Shown one piece after another: positions 36,457 to 46,969 of a DNA stretch of 64,000 nucleotides. The stretch's first letter is position 1, and each line of letters starts with the position of its first letter. The notes beneath the pieces were generated by a model that was not told the origin of the DNA, did not search any database, and was given only the letters and a program-made list of their open reading frames with translations. Source of the DNA: a virus; the IMG/VR virus record IMGVR_UViG_3300046004_001116, positions 21,920 through 85,919 of that record; one strand, written 5' to 3'. The position numbers were made by a program, and so were the translations under genes.

Positions 36457-36891
36457 ATGGAAGAAATTATCGACAAGAGAATTAAAATAGCAAGAACAAG
36501 AACTGGTGTACCATGTCTTTGGGAAAGCACAATGAAATTTGCTGACTTAAGAAGAGCTACTGCAATTCTTGATAAAAATGGAAAATCAAAAGCAGCTGTA
36601 TTTTTAAACGCTGATAAAGAAAAGCAAGCCTTAGTGCCTATTCAACAAAATGACTACATAGCAAAAGCATTTGAAGATAAACACGGAGTTGCTTTATCAG
36701 TATTTAAAGTTACTGAAATTTCATCAATGGAAAACACGGCAACAATAGTTCCGGTGTACCGCAAATCATCTTTAATTGCTGAGTATGAAGTTCCTACTGA
36801 ATATAAGCATATGATAGAATCTGTTATTAGTAAATTAGGAAACACAAAACACGTAGTTTCTTATATGTCAGAATTTGAAACTGCTAAATAA
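36457..36891 (+). CDS. Hypothetical protein
   Basis: ORF track. Confidence 0.65.
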   Translation: MEEIIDKRIKIARTRTGVPCLWESTMKFADLRRATAILDKNGKSKAAVFLNADKEKQALVPIQQNDYIAKAFEDKHGVALSVFKVTEISSMENTATIVPVYRKSSLIAEYEVPTEYKHMIESVISKLGNTKHVVSYMSEFETAK

Positions 36892-36965
36892 GTTGTTAAA
36901 AACTTTAAGGTAAAACTATTGCTTATTCAGATTATTTAGATTAAATTTATACAAATAATAAAACT

Positions 36966-37328
36966 ATGACACAATACTTAATCTATGTAAGAGGTGAAAA
37001 GGTGGAAAGCCTTTCTTCTTGGTTTAGACATCAATTTGGTCCTCATTCAAAATTACTTAGGTTAAACAAATCTGATGTTGCTTTTGACGTAGAGGCTAGA
37101 AAATCAGGCTTTGTCTCTATGATGATAGGACATGAAGAATTTACTAGACTGCAAGATTTTCTCGATGACCCTGAAAATATAAAGAAACCTATTAATAGAG
37201 AAGCTGTGTTAGTAGAATACTTAACAAGAATGGGTGATTCTCCTAGAAATAGATTTTCACCCGCTGCACAAAGTGTTGAAGACATCATTACCATAGTTGC
37301 TGATATAATTGAAGAAAAATACTTTTAA
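36966..37328 (+). CDS. Hypothetical protein
   Basis: ORF after early-type promoter. Confidence 0.65.
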   Translation: MTQYLIYVRGEKVESLSSWFRHQFGPHSKLLRLNKSDVAFDVEARKSGFVSMMIGHEEFTRLQDFLDDPENIKKPINREAVLVEYLTRMGDSPRNRFSPAAQSVEDIITIVADIIEEKYF

Positions 37329-37330
37329 TC

Positions 37331-37774
37331 ATGAGTTACAAATTATACCTTGACGATATCCGAATGCCACATGTAAGTGCAAAGAAATTTCCTTACTTGG
37401 CTGAACTATACAATGATCCGACTTGGATTATAGTTAGAAGTTACGATGAATTTACAAGTCAAATTAAAAATAGTTGGGAAACTACAAAAGAAGCACCAAG
37501 TATTATATCTTTTGACCATGATCTTGGCCCAGAACATACAAAATACTTTTTTGATAATGGTGGGCGAGAAAACCCACCTAATCCAGACGATGCTACTTTT
37601 ACTGAAAAGACAGGAAAAGACTGCGCAAATTGGTTAGTTGATTTTTGTGAGACCAAAGGAATGCCGTTACCCGATTTTTATATTCATAGCGCAAATCCTG
37701 TAGGTGGTAAAAACATTGAGTCATTATTAACACAATACAAAAAATTCTTAAGACAAGTCAATGAGCTGGAATAA
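37331..37774 (+). CDS. Cyclic-phosphate-processing receiver-domain protein
   Basis: LYLDDIR, SFDHDLG, TGKD, HSANPVG. Confidence 0.75.
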   Translation: MSYKLYLDDIRMPHVSAKKFPYLAELYNDPTWIIVRSYDEFTSQIKNSWETTKEAPSIISFDHDLGPEHTKYFFDNGGRENPPNPDDATFTEKTGKDCANWLVDFCETKGMPLPDFYIHSANPVGGKNIESLLTQYKKFLRQVNELE

Positions 37775-38027
37775 ATATGATGAAGAAGAAGAAAAAATGT
37801 ATCTTGAAGATGCAAAAGTTCTACACCGTATGACTAGACCAAGAAGTCCACTTATACGTGAATACATACAAGATCCTAAAGACCACGAACTTATTCACGT
37901 TATCATCAAAAGACGTGTAGGTAATGTATGGACAAATTCTTCAATGATTGTTGATACACATTTATGTACTTGGCTAAACCATGATTTATCACAAGGCTGG
38001 ATTGATGAACTAGCCGTACCAAAATAA
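37761..38027 (+). CDS. Hypothetical protein
   Basis: ORF track. Confidence 0.6.
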   Translation: MSWNKYDEEEEKMYLEDAKVLHRMTRPRSPLIREYIQDPKDHELIHVIIKRRVGNVWTNSSMIVDTHLCTWLNHDLSQGWIDELAVPK

Positions 38028-38033
38028 TTAACT

Positions 38034-38732
38034 ATGATATACTTTACATCAGATTCCCATTATAACCACAAGAATATTGTAAGTGGTGTTACCCGTTGGG
38101 AAGACAAAAGCGGATGTCGTGATTTCGCAACAAAAGAAGAAATGGACGAGGCAATTATTGCTAACATAAACAAAGTTGTCAAAACTGACGATACACTGTT
38201 TCATTTAGGTGATGTTGCTTTTCAAGGTCCTGACAAAGTAAAAGAATTTAGAGCTAGAATAAAATGTAAGACTGTTCATTTAATCTTGGGTAATCATGAT
38301 GTGGATATTCATACATTAAAAGAACTACAAGAATTATTCACTACTGTTGATTTCTATCGTGAGATTAACATTAACGGACAAAAGATTATTCTTTGTCATT
38401 ATCCGCTAAGAACTTGGAATAAATGGCACCACGGAAGTTGGATGTTACACGGACACTGTCACGGTAAACTTCAACACCAAATTCCTGCAAGTTTACTTAA
38501 ACGTTTACTTGAAGAAAAAGAAATGGATGTTCTATGGGCTCTTGCTAATAATGAAGATGTTGAAGGCTACTGTCCTAACGGTAGATCTCTTGATGTTGGA
38601 CTTGATACACACCCGCAATTCCGTCCGTATAGCATGTCTGAATTACATGATATTATGGCAAAGAAAACCTTTACTGCTACTGATGCACATAATGAAGATT
38701 CCGCAAGGAAAACTAATATGGGAGCAAGATAA
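38034..38732 (+). CDS. Calcineurin-like metallophosphoesterase
   Basis: TSDSH, HLGD, GNHD, CHYP, HGHCH. Confidence 0.85.
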   Translation: MIYFTSDSHYNHKNIVSGVTRWEDKSGCRDFATKEEMDEAIIANINKVVKTDDTLFHLGDVAFQGPDKVKEFRARIKCKTVHLILGNHDVDIHTLKELQELFTTVDFYREININGQKIILCHYPLRTWNKWHHGSWMLHGHCHGKLQHQIPASLLKRLLEEKEMDVLWALANNEDVEGYCPNGRSLDVGLDTHPQFRPYSMSELHDIMAKKTFTATDAHNEDSARKTNMGAR

Positions 38733-38752
38733 ATACTAAAAATCTAGTTACG

Positions 38753-39808
38753 ATGCTATCATATACAGAATGGATATTAAATGAAGGAGGATGGTCTTCT
38801 ATTAAAACTCAAGGAATAAAAATCACACCAGCAATACTAAAAGTTGCTGATGATTATGTTAAGCAATTATTTGCTGACTTTGAGAAATGGATGTCTAAGA
38901 CTTATCCTGATACATTACCTTTAAAAGGAATCCGTCCTGTAGGCTCAGGAATCTATTACGAAGAAGATTTAAAGAATGAACCGGAGAAAATATACGGAGA
39001 TATAGATTATCTTGTAGAATATCCTGTCTATGGTGATTCTTCAGATCCTCGTAAAACTGAAACTGACGCTATTCGTTTTTACAATAAAGCAATGTTTCAA
39101 TTCTTCAATGAAACAAAATACAAAGGTGTAGATTTAAAAGATTCTCGAGGTGCAGACGGTACCGGAGCAGTTCTTATTGCTGAAGTACAACCCAATGTAT
39201 ACATTCAAGTAGATTTTGTCTCTACACACGCAAAATATGTAGAATGGGCGCTTGACCGTTTTACACCTATTCACAATATTAAAGGATTCGTCTCAGGAAA
39301 CCTTTACTCTTCACTTGCTGATGCACTTTCTATTTCTATGGGAGATAGAGGTGCACGAGCAAAACTTCAAGCAGGAGCACTTGTTCCGTTTCGTATGAGA
39401 AAAGATGTTGAAGAACTTGCAATCTCTATGAATTTCAAAACGCTTTTCACAGACATTGTCAGTTTCTTCATGTCTTTAAAAGATAACACTACATCACCAG
39501 AATTTCAGCAGTCAGATATTGCAGGTATTGATTCTAAGAATCTTACATTAGCAGGAATTGCTAAAGGAATCTCTTCACTTGCAGATGTTCTTGAAAGAAA
39601 CGGTATTCTTGATGGAAAAACTGTTCAGTTTAAAAATGCAGCAGATATGAAAAGAGCCGTTGCACAAAATTACTCTGCTAAGATGGCTGAATTACGTGGA
39701 GATTCTAAATTTAACAAAGCCGCTGACCCAATGGCAATAGCCACACGAGATAAGATATTTAAAGTTTCTAAAGATTCAGAGGATGAAGTTGCCTCTATCT
39801 TAAAATAA
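38753..39808 (+). CDS. Putative Pol-beta-fold nucleotidyltransferase
   Basis: VGSG..YGDIDY..QVDF; starts MLSYTEWILNE. Confidence 0.5.
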   Translation: MLSYTEWILNEGGWSSIKTQGIKITPAILKVADDYVKQLFADFEKWMSKTYPDTLPLKGIRPVGSGIYYEEDLKNEPEKIYGDIDYLVEYPVYGDSSDPRKTETDAIRFYNKAMFQFFNETKYKGVDLKDSRGADGTGAVLIAEVQPNVYIQVDFVSTHAKYVEWALDRFTPIHNIKGFVSGNLYSSLADALSISMGDRGARAKLQAGALVPFRMRKDVEELAISMNFKTLFTDIVSFFMSLKDNTTSPEFQQSDIAGIDSKNLTLAGIAKGISSLADVLERNGILDGKTVQFKNAADMKRAVAQNYSAKMAELRGDSKFNKAADPMAIATRDKIFKVSKDSEDEVASILK

Positions 39809-39877
39809 GAACTATTGTATTACTTGTGAATATATAATCTATAACCATGTGATCTTTAATCACGCAAAACTACATTT

Positions 39878-40204
39878 ATGTTAAAAAGAATTTGGAACTT
39901 CTTCTTTGGAAGAAAAGAGGTCCCTACTATTGCCGTTGAAATAAACACAATAGAAGTTACTGAAGCTAAAACAGTAAAACCTTTAAAAGACGTTCACTTC
40001 CCAGTTACTGCATTAGCGGAAACTTTAGCTCCTGCTGAAGTGAAAAAAGCTCGTAAACCGAGAAAACCAAAACCAGCTGTTGCTAAAGAAGAAGTTGTTA
40101 CTGACTCTGCTGATGCTCCAGTAAAAAAGAAACGCAGATACTACAAACCGCGTAAAAAGAAAACTGACGATGGCTCAGCTAAACCTACAGAAAAGAGCCT
40201 TTAA
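39878..40204 (+). CDS. Basic hypothetical protein
   Basis: K/R/P-rich ORF. Confidence 0.6.
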   Translation: MLKRIWNFFFGRKEVPTIAVEINTIEVTEAKTVKPLKDVHFPVTALAETLAPAEVKKARKPRKPKPAVAKEEVVTDSADAPVKKKRRYYKPRKKKTDDGSAKPTEKSL

Positions 40205-40247
40205 TCCGGCTCTTTTCAATGTAAGAAATCAATTGTAAATATATTAT

Positions 40248-41399
40248 ATGAAAAAAGACAAATCTCCTACTATATGTCTTAACATGATCGTCAAGAATGA
40301 ATCTCGAATCATGAAAAGATGTTTGGAATCTGTACTACCTTTTATAGATACATGGTGTATTGTTGACACAGGTTCTACTGATGGCACACAAGATATCATA
40401 AAAGAAATCTTAAAAGATAAACCTGGAATACTTCATGAAAAACCTTGGGTTAACTTTGGCCACAACCGTAATGAAGCATTAGCACTCGCAAGATCATGGG
40501 GTGATTTTACTTTATTAACTGATGCTGACATGGTATTAGTTGATAAAGGATTTAAGAAAGACAAACTTGATATTAACATCGATGTTTATGATATTGCTCA
40601 AGATAACTTAGGAACATATTATCATAACATGCGAGTTCTTAATAATAAAAAGACTTGGAGATGTATTGGCGTAACACATGAATATTATGACTGTGTTGAA
40701 GGTGTTCAATCAAGAGCGGTTCTTGATACATTGTTTTTTGATGATGTATCTGACGGCGGATCTAAAGGTGATAAGTTTCCTCGTGATATTGCTTTACTAG
40801 AGCAAGGACTTATTGACGAACCTGAGAATGGCCGTTATATGTTTTATCTTGCTCAATCCTACCGAGATTTTGGCAATCTTGACAAAGCTATTGAATGGTA
40901 CACAAAACGTGTTGAGTTTGGTGGATGGGAAGAAGAGCAATGGTTTGCGCAGTATATGATAGGTTGGTGCATGATACAAAAAGACTTACCATTTGATGAA
41001 GTATATCCAGTGACAATGAAAGCTTGGATGATGAGACCTTGGAGATCTGAACCAATTTCAGTGTTAGCAGCGCATGCTAAAAAATTAGGAATGTGGCAAC
41101 ACGCGTATCAATTATCAAAAATATGTGCTACTACACCTTGGCCTGCTAATGATGTTCTATTTATAGTAAAATCTATTTATGGACCGTTTAGTGTTGATGA
41201 ATTTGCAGTTGCTGCATTTTGGGCTGGCCAGTATGCTGAAGCAGAACAAGCCAATCTTTCATTGCTAAATAACCCAGAACTTGATAAACATCAAATACCA
41301 AGAATTAAGAAAAATCTTTGGTTCTCACGAAAAAACTTAGGTGTATACAACGAAGAATCTTTAAATAATTACTTCGAAGAAAAACGAAAAACAATATGA
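40248..41399 (+). CDS. GT2 glycosyltransferase with TPR-like C-terminus
   Basis: MIVKNE, DTGSTDGT, DAD, THEY, FYLAQSY. Confidence 0.85.
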   Translation: MKKDKSPTICLNMIVKNESRIMKRCLESVLPFIDTWCIVDTGSTDGTQDIIKEILKDKPGILHEKPWVNFGHNRNEALALARSWGDFTLLTDADMVLVDKGFKKDKLDINIDVYDIAQDNLGTYYHNMRVLNNKKTWRCIGVTHEYYDCVEGVQSRAVLDTLFFDDVSDGGSKGDKFPRDIALLEQGLIDEPENGRYMFYLAQSYRDFGNLDKAIEWYTKRVEFGGWEEEQWFAQYMIGWCMIQKDLPFDEVYPVTMKAWMMRPWRSEPISVLAAHAKKLGMWQHAYQLSKICATTPWPANDVLFIVKSIYGPFSVDEFAVAAFWAGQYAEAEQANLSLLNNPELDKHQIPRIKKNLWFSRKNLGVYNEESLNNYFEEKRKTI

Positions 41400-42850
41400 A
41401 CATAGGAATACTCGCATCTGTCTATGGATATGGTCCTGAACAGATTAAACCTTGGGTTGAAAGTTTAAAAGCAACAAAATTTGGTGGTAAAGTTTTTGTG
41501 GTAGTTTACAACCCACAAGATTCTATTTTATTAGATTACCTAAAAGAAAACGGAATCTTTACTTTTACTAGTGAATTAAACGGTGATACCAACATGGCTA
41601 CTCAAAGATTTTTGGAATATTCAGAAATCTTAAAATCTGAATACACAAGTGATGTTGATGCATTTATCGCAACAGACATACGTGATGTAATCTTTCAGTC
41701 AGACCCAGGTGTTTGGTTAAAAAATAACATTCAAGATTATGATTTAGTTGCAACATCAGAAGGTGTTACATTTAGACACGAAGATTGGAATGGGGATAAC
41801 TTAGAATTACATTTAGGTAAGAACTTGTTCCTAAAACTTGCAGACAAAGAAACTTTATGTTCTGGAATCATTGCAGGCAAAAAGGAAATGTTAATTAAAT
41901 TGTTTCAAACAGTTTATGAATTAGCATTCTTTTCAGCTGACCCAGGTGCTTTTGTTGACCAAATCTTTTACGCTGCCGCAATATACGAAGTATTTGCTGA
42001 AAGAACAAAAATAGTTCCTGCTAGTGATAACTGGTGCGCAAACTTAGGAACAATTAAAGCAATTCCTGAAAGTTCACAAGATTGGTCAATGGGATCAAGA
42101 TCTCAACATAATTCATTTGAAAGAATCCGTAAAGTTAAAACTTTTAACGAAGCTTTATCTTGTGCTATTCCTACTATGGAAAATGGCAAAGTTGTAAATG
42201 AAAAGAAACAGCCGTATGTAATAGTTCATCAGTATGATAGATACCAACCGTGGAAAAAAGAAATACATAGTAATTACGGTATAGTAGAAATGGAATTAGT
42301 TAATTACCAAGATGTTATTACCGAAGATGCTACAATAGTTCAAATTGGATCTCATGATGGTATAGAAGGTGAAGAATATGGATTAAAAGAAACATTAGAC
42401 AGATTAAAATCATTTAAATTATTCTTAATTGAACCGTTACCTAAATATTTTGACAAATTAAAAGATGTTTATGCTAAATGGGAATCTAACATAGTATTTT
42501 CAAACTGTGCTATTACAGAAGCAGATGGCAATTTTATGATGGTTGACCAAGGCGGAATGTCAAAAATAACAGACGGCGGAAACATTTTAGTATCAGGAGT
42601 TTCATGGAAATCATTTACCGCAATACATGATTTAGCTAAAGTAGATTTCTTAATGTTAGATTGCGAAGGTTACGAAGACACAATTCTTAAAAGCATAGAT
42701 TATGATACTTGTGATATTTCTTGTATACGTTTTGAATATTTTCACATTCAAGATAAACTAGGAATTGATGAATTTTTAAAGTCTAAAGGATATGTAGTTA
42801 ATTTATGTGTAAAAGATCCAAGCTATAATAAAATTGCCATTAAGAAGTAA
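41396..42850 (+). CDS. Glycosyltransferase-like domain fused to FkbM-type methyltransferase
   Basis: TDIRDVIFQ, VDQ, VHQYDR; QIGSHDG, IEP, DCEGYE. Confidence 0.7.
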   Translation: MNIGILASVYGYGPEQIKPWVESLKATKFGGKVFVVVYNPQDSILLDYLKENGIFTFTSELNGDTNMATQRFLEYSEILKSEYTSDVDAFIATDIRDVIFQSDPGVWLKNNIQDYDLVATSEGVTFRHEDWNGDNLELHLGKNLFLKLADKETLCSGIIAGKKEMLIKLFQTVYELAFFSADPGAFVDQIFYAAAIYEVFAERTKIVPASDNWCANLGTIKAIPESSQDWSMGSRSQHNSFERIRKVKTFNEALSCAIPTMENGKVVNEKKQPYVIVHQYDRYQPWKKEIHSNYGIVEMELVNYQDVITEDATIVQIGSHDGIEGEEYGLKETLDRLKSFKLFLIEPLPKYFDKLKDVYAKWESNIVFSNCAITEADGNFMMVDQGGMSKITDGGNILVSGVSWKSFTAIHDLAKVDFLMLDCEGYEDTILKSIDYDTCDISCIRFEYFHIQDKLGIDEFLKSKGYVVNLCVKDPSYNKIAIKK

Positions 42851-43593
42851 TGAAAATTGCGGTACTTTATTTTGGTCAACCTCGGTTTGTAAATAATGAA
42901 AAGTGTTTTTCTACACAGTCTAATAAAATTTTTAGTCAAGGTGAAGTAGATGTTTTTGCTCACCTGTGGGAAAACACAAATGAAGGGTATGGTTTTTCTA
43001 CTTGGAGCGGTATGAATGAATGCCCGTCTGATATAACTGATGTTAAAACATTTGTTGAAAAATGGAAACCTATTAGAATACTGTCTGAGCCTTCTTATGT
43101 AATAAGCAATGACAATCTGTTTAAAAAATTACATGATAGGCTGCCTGGCGGAGATGACCGTTTACGCAATTTTAACAATTGCTTATCACAGTTATATTCG
43201 TTAGAAGAATGTATAAAACTATATGAAACTTACGTTGAAGAAACTAATGTTAAATATGACTTGGTAATTGTATTAAGAACTGATATTTGTGTTTGGGATT
43301 TTCCTATTTTAAAAGAATTAGATAATAACTATTTTTACTTTTCATCATTATTTTCAGCTAATCATTTTGCTGATTTGTGTTATATCATGGGTGCAGAATA
43401 CATAAAAGGCTTAAAGGTATATTCATATCTTACCAATGAAAATTCTGACGTAAATTCCAAGTTACATTTTGGTAATGCTGAAAGTATTAAACGTCTATCA
43501 GTATTAAATAATTTTGATGATAGCAAATTAAGACAAGTTCCAATACCCGTTAGGGTTGTTAGAACATTAGATGATATAGGAAAACAATGGTAA
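42850..43593 (+). CDS. Hypothetical glycan-related protein
   Basis: IAV..GQPR and YDLVIVLRTD; cluster context. Confidence 0.55.
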   Translation: MKIAVLYFGQPRFVNNEKCFSTQSNKIFSQGEVDVFAHLWENTNEGYGFSTWSGMNECPSDITDVKTFVEKWKPIRILSEPSYVISNDNLFKKLHDRLPGGDDRLRNFNNCLSQLYSLEECIKLYETYVEETNVKYDLVIVLRTDICVWDFPILKELDNNYFYFSSLFSANHFADLCYIMGAEYIKGLKVYSYLTNENSDVNSKLHFGNAESIKRLSVLNNFDDSKLRQVPIPVRVVRTLDDIGKQW

Positions 43594-43682
43594 AATTGTT
43601 AATAACTTTAGACCCACAAATTTTTATTTGTGGGTTTTTTGTATTAATTTTAACTATCAATATAAAACTATACACTATATGA
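43593..43682 (+). repeat. Terminator/promoter cassette duplicated at 53594-53684
   Basis: About 90 bp near-identical; cccacaaa..tttgtggg hairpin with U-run overlapping a TTTG/TAATTTTA promoter. Confidence 0.85.
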
Positions 43683-43897
43683 ACGCATTCTGTGAAAATC
43701 TAAAAGGAGTCGAAAAGGTAATGTACAAATCAGCATTTAACTTTCATATGAAAAATCATGCCGGAGCTACTGATGAATCTGCACATGAGGCTGGTCTTAA
43801 AGAATTAAAAAGATTAGGAAAACTTAGAGAAGAGCACACAAAACCACAAGTGTGGGTAGACATAACAACTGGAGAAAAACATTTAGCAAATTACTAA
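43679..43897 (+). CDS. Hypothetical protein
   Basis: ATG after promoter. Confidence 0.6.
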   Translation: MNAFCENLKGVEKVMYKSAFNFHMKNHAGATDESAHEAGLKELKRLGKLREEHTKPQVWVDITTGEKHLANY

Positions 43898-43899
43898 AC

Positions 43900-44388
43900 A
43901 TGGGAGAAACTAAACCAAAGACTACGAGAAAGAAAGCAGAACCGCAACCGGAGAAAACTGCATTTGAAAAAGTACATGACTTATTCATGGAAGATTTTAA
44001 TGATAAAGAACTTCAAGAGCGATACGAGAACTTCATAAGAACTCGTGAAGGTGCTAAAGAAAGACATAACGCAATGGTACCGGAGATTAATGCTATAATC
44101 CAAAGAGGTGAGTCGTTAAAAGAAATTATTATAGATATGGCTGTTCATGGTTTAAACACCGATGAACCAGCTCGCATACTTAGAGAAACAGTTCCGCAGG
44201 CTAAAGAACTACGAGATAAGATTGCATATCAAAAAGGTATTATGGACAGTGAAGATGCTTTAATAAAAAAATACAAAGAAAATTCTGAAAACAAACTTTT
44301 TCATTATTGGAAAATCTTTAAAGCTTTGGATCCTACAATAGAGCCTTGGTTAGAGTGGAAAAAACCATATTGCCACCACATTATATAA
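43900..44388 (+). CDS. Hypothetical protein
   Basis: ORF track, start moved to ATG. Confidence 0.65.
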   Translation: MGETKPKTTRKKAEPQPEKTAFEKVHDLFMEDFNDKELQERYENFIRTREGAKERHNAMVPEINAIIQRGESLKEIIIDMAVHGLNTDEPARILRETVPQAKELRDKIAYQKGIMDSEDALIKKYKENSENKLFHYWKIFKALDPTIEPWLEWKKPYCHHII

Positions 44389-44402
44389 TTAATATAGTAA
44401 AA

Positions 44403-44783
44403 ATGAAATACGTTAAGCAAATTCACAGAGGTGATCTTATTAGCAATTACTTGCTAACTGAGTTTTATGACCACATTGGATATAATGAAGAAGTGCCCTA
44501 TGATATAGAAATCATTCATATTGGTAATGGCAGAGCTGATAACGAACCTATTGCTATTTCACATCTAAAAGAAATGATTGATGAATTAGAACAAAGAGGT
44601 TCAACCCATGTTGCCGTAGATTATAATCGTGACCATGATGAATACGAATTATCAGGGTATTCTTTTGAACAGTTAAACGCACAAGAACTTGAAGCAATAG
44701 AAAATAAAAAATTAACCGAGCTGGAAAAGATTGAAAAAATTCGAATCTTGGAAAGACAAATACAAGAAATTAAGAACACTTAA
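44403..44783 (+). CDS. Hypothetical protein
   Basis: ORF track, start moved to ATG. Confidence 0.65.
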   Translation: MKYVKQIHRGDLISNYLLTEFYDHIGYNEEVPYDIEIIHIGNGRADNEPIAISHLKEMIDELEQRGSTHVAVDYNRDHDEYELSGYSFEQLNAQELEAIENKKLTELEKIEKIRILERQIQEIKNT

Positions 44784-44876
44784 AATTTGTTAATAACTTT
44801 AAGCCCCAAAGTTTGCTACTATCAACTATAATAGTTAAATTTAACTAATCAATTAAATTAATCAAAATTAATCGCT

Positions 44877-45284
44877 ATGTTTTTTACAAATCCTGACAAA
44901 AGACCGAAGATGGCAGAACTAGAAGAAAAAATGTTCTCTGTCGTTGAAACTATGGTCAAAGCACCAGACTGCATCATTGAGATAGATCCTGATGATATGA
45001 GTTACATGCTATCATTAGAAAAAGAACAATATTACATGCTGCTAGACGGTAACGGAGTTCAATTTAGTAATCACGGCTTTATTGTGATTAAGTCTTACTC
45101 TTCTAAAGTTCTTGACTACTTTAAACACACAGTTAAAAAAGAAACTATGCGTAGGAGAAAACTGCGTAAAGGTGAAATCTTTAAGAACGAAGGTAACTTG
45201 TTAGTTGCCATTAATGAAAAATTAACTAAACGTATACCTGTAGAGTTTCCTATACAACTTGCCAGGGTTTCAGCTGATGCGTAA
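44877..45284 (+). CDS. Hypothetical protein
   Basis: ORF after early-type promoter. Confidence 0.65.
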   Translation: MFFTNPDKRPKMAELEEKMFSVVETMVKAPDCIIEIDPDDMSYMLSLEKEQYYMLLDGNGVQFSNHGFIVIKSYSSKVLDYFKHTVKKETMRRRKLRKGEIFKNEGNLLVAINEKLTKRIPVEFPIQLARVSADA

Positions 45285-45367
45285 AGTTTAACAAAAATTT
45301 AACATTCTAAATTTGCTTTACATTGGTATTTTGGTTAATTTTAACTATCAAATTAAAAATACACAAA

Positions 45368-45484
45368 ATGAAAACCGTTACTTTTACAATGCAAGAGATC
45401 TGGGCAGCCTCGAAAACAACAGTCCAAAAGAATAAGAAAAAATACGACCGTAAAGATAAACACAAAAACTCTAAAAACAAATAA
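45368..45484 (+). CDS. 38-aa basic peptide with ArfA-like tail
   Basis: MKTVTFTMQEIWAASKTTVQKNKKKYDRKDKHKNSKNK, first ORF after a promoter. Confidence 0.5.
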   Translation: MKTVTFTMQEIWAASKTTVQKNKKKYDRKDKHKNSKNK

Positions 45485-45485
45485 T

Positions 45486-45761
45486 ATGAAAAGATTCTTA
45501 ATCCTAGCCGTATTGGCTTTAACACTTGCTTCTTGTACTGACCAACAAATGGCAAAAGATTTTGGTGGGTCTGCAACTGTGGAATTACCAGCTGGTGAAA
45601 AACTTGTAACCGTAACCTGGAAAGGTGAAGCTGACATCTGGTACTTGACCCGTAAAATGACAGAAAAAGATTCTGCTGAAACATATACGTTCCGTCAAGA
45701 AAAAGGAGCAATGTTTGACTTGACTGGAGACGGTCAAGTAATCATAAAAGAACGAAAATAA
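45486..45761 (+). CDS. Lipoprotein
   Basis: Signal peptide with LASC lipobox. Confidence 0.75.
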   Translation: MKRFLILAVLALTLASCTDQQMAKDFGGSATVELPAGEKLVTVTWKGEADIWYLTRKMTEKDSAETYTFRQEKGAMFDLTGDGQVIIKERK

Positions 45762-45781
45762 GTTTAACCAAAACCCAAATT

Positions 45782-46111
45782 ATGCAAAACACAATTAACA
45801 CGAAGTCGAAGTTCAAAATTAACACAGAAGCTATTTTTACAGCTCTTAACAAAATTGGAAAAGCAACTGTTATTATTCTTGCAGTAGCAATAGGTTTCAT
45901 CTCAGGTGATATCTATAACAACTACAAAAACCACACTAAAATCTCGAGCATGCAAAATGCTCACAAATCTGACGAAACATCCGTTGCAGTTAATGAACGC
46001 GGCGAACTTATGATTATCGACAGAAAAACCGGAGCATACACTTTGTATGAAAACGGATTAGGACAATCTATCTTCAACATCTACGCAAACCGTATCTATC
46101 AGAAAAAATAA
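45782..46111 (+). CDS. Membrane-anchored hypothetical protein
   Basis: One hydrophobic segment. Confidence 0.6.
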   Translation: MQNTINTKSKFKINTEAIFTALNKIGKATVIILAVAIGFISGDIYNNYKNHTKISSMQNAHKSDETSVAVNERGELMIIDRKTGAYTLYENGLGQSIFNIYANRIYQKK

Positions 46112-46119
46112 TAGAGCCT

Positions 46120-46635
46120 ATGAAGGATATGTTAAAATCACTGATCATTTTTATGATCGTGGGATTGGCTGCCTTCTGGCTTTATATGAAGAACGAAACA
46201 ACCTTCAAATTGCCAGATGCGCCTGTGATAGACCAAACGTCCCCACCGTGTCTGCAAATGTACTATCTGATAGATAAGTACGCAGAAAAATACAACATCC
46301 CAAGAAAATATGCTTATGGGATTGCGTATTGTGAAACTCGTTATGTTAATCCGTTTCAGTGGAATTATGACCATAAGCAAACTTCATTTGCTGGAGCAGT
46401 TGGACCCATGCAAGTTATGGTACCTACTGCACGAATGATGTGGCCGAAAAAGAAATTCACAAAGGCAGATTTAAAAGATAACATACAATTTAATGTTGAG
46501 ACAAGTATGAAATTACTTAGGCACTTACACGATAGGTATGGAAATTGGAAACTTGTCTTTGGTGCTTATAATACTGGAAGACCTATGGTTAACCAATATG
46601 CACTTAATGTTTACAATTACAATCTAAAATTCTAA
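46120..46635 (+). CDS. Lytic transglycosylase (SLT) with N-terminal membrane anchor
   Basis: IAYCET, GAVGPMQV, GAYNTG. Confidence 0.85.
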   Translation: MKDMLKSLIIFMIVGLAAFWLYMKNETTFKLPDAPVIDQTSPPCLQMYYLIDKYAEKYNIPRKYAYGIAYCETRYVNPFQWNYDHKQTSFAGAVGPMQVMVPTARMMWPKKKFTKADLKDNIQFNVETSMKLLRHLHDRYGNWKLVFGAYNTGRPMVNQYALNVYNYNLKF

Positions 46636-46636
46636 T

Positions 46637-46879
46637 ATGAAAAAAGTACTACTTATATTACTTTTAGCAGTCGGGTGTGAAAGAGCACCCGACTTTGTCA
46701 AAAACGGTAAAGGTTATTGGATTAACACGCGTTGTGTTAAGTCTCATAGCGAAAGCAGGTTTGGACCACACTACGGTTACAACATAATGAAAGGTAAGTA
46801 TGAATGGCATAACGGAACTTACACTCATACTATTTGTGATAGTTCTGTTACTGATACAATAGAAATACCAAAGAAGTAA
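46637..46879 (+). CDS. Lipoprotein
   Basis: MKKVLLILLLAVGC lipobox. Confidence 0.65.
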   Translation: MKKVLLILLLAVGCERAPDFVKNGKGYWINTRCVKSHSESRFGPHYGYNIMKGKYEWHNGTYTHTICDSSVTDTIEIPKK

Positions 46880-46969
46880 AGTTTAACAAAAATTTAACAT
46901 TTAGAATTTGCTTTGCTTCTTTATTTTGGTTAATTTTAACTATCAATATTAATCAAACACATATTACTT

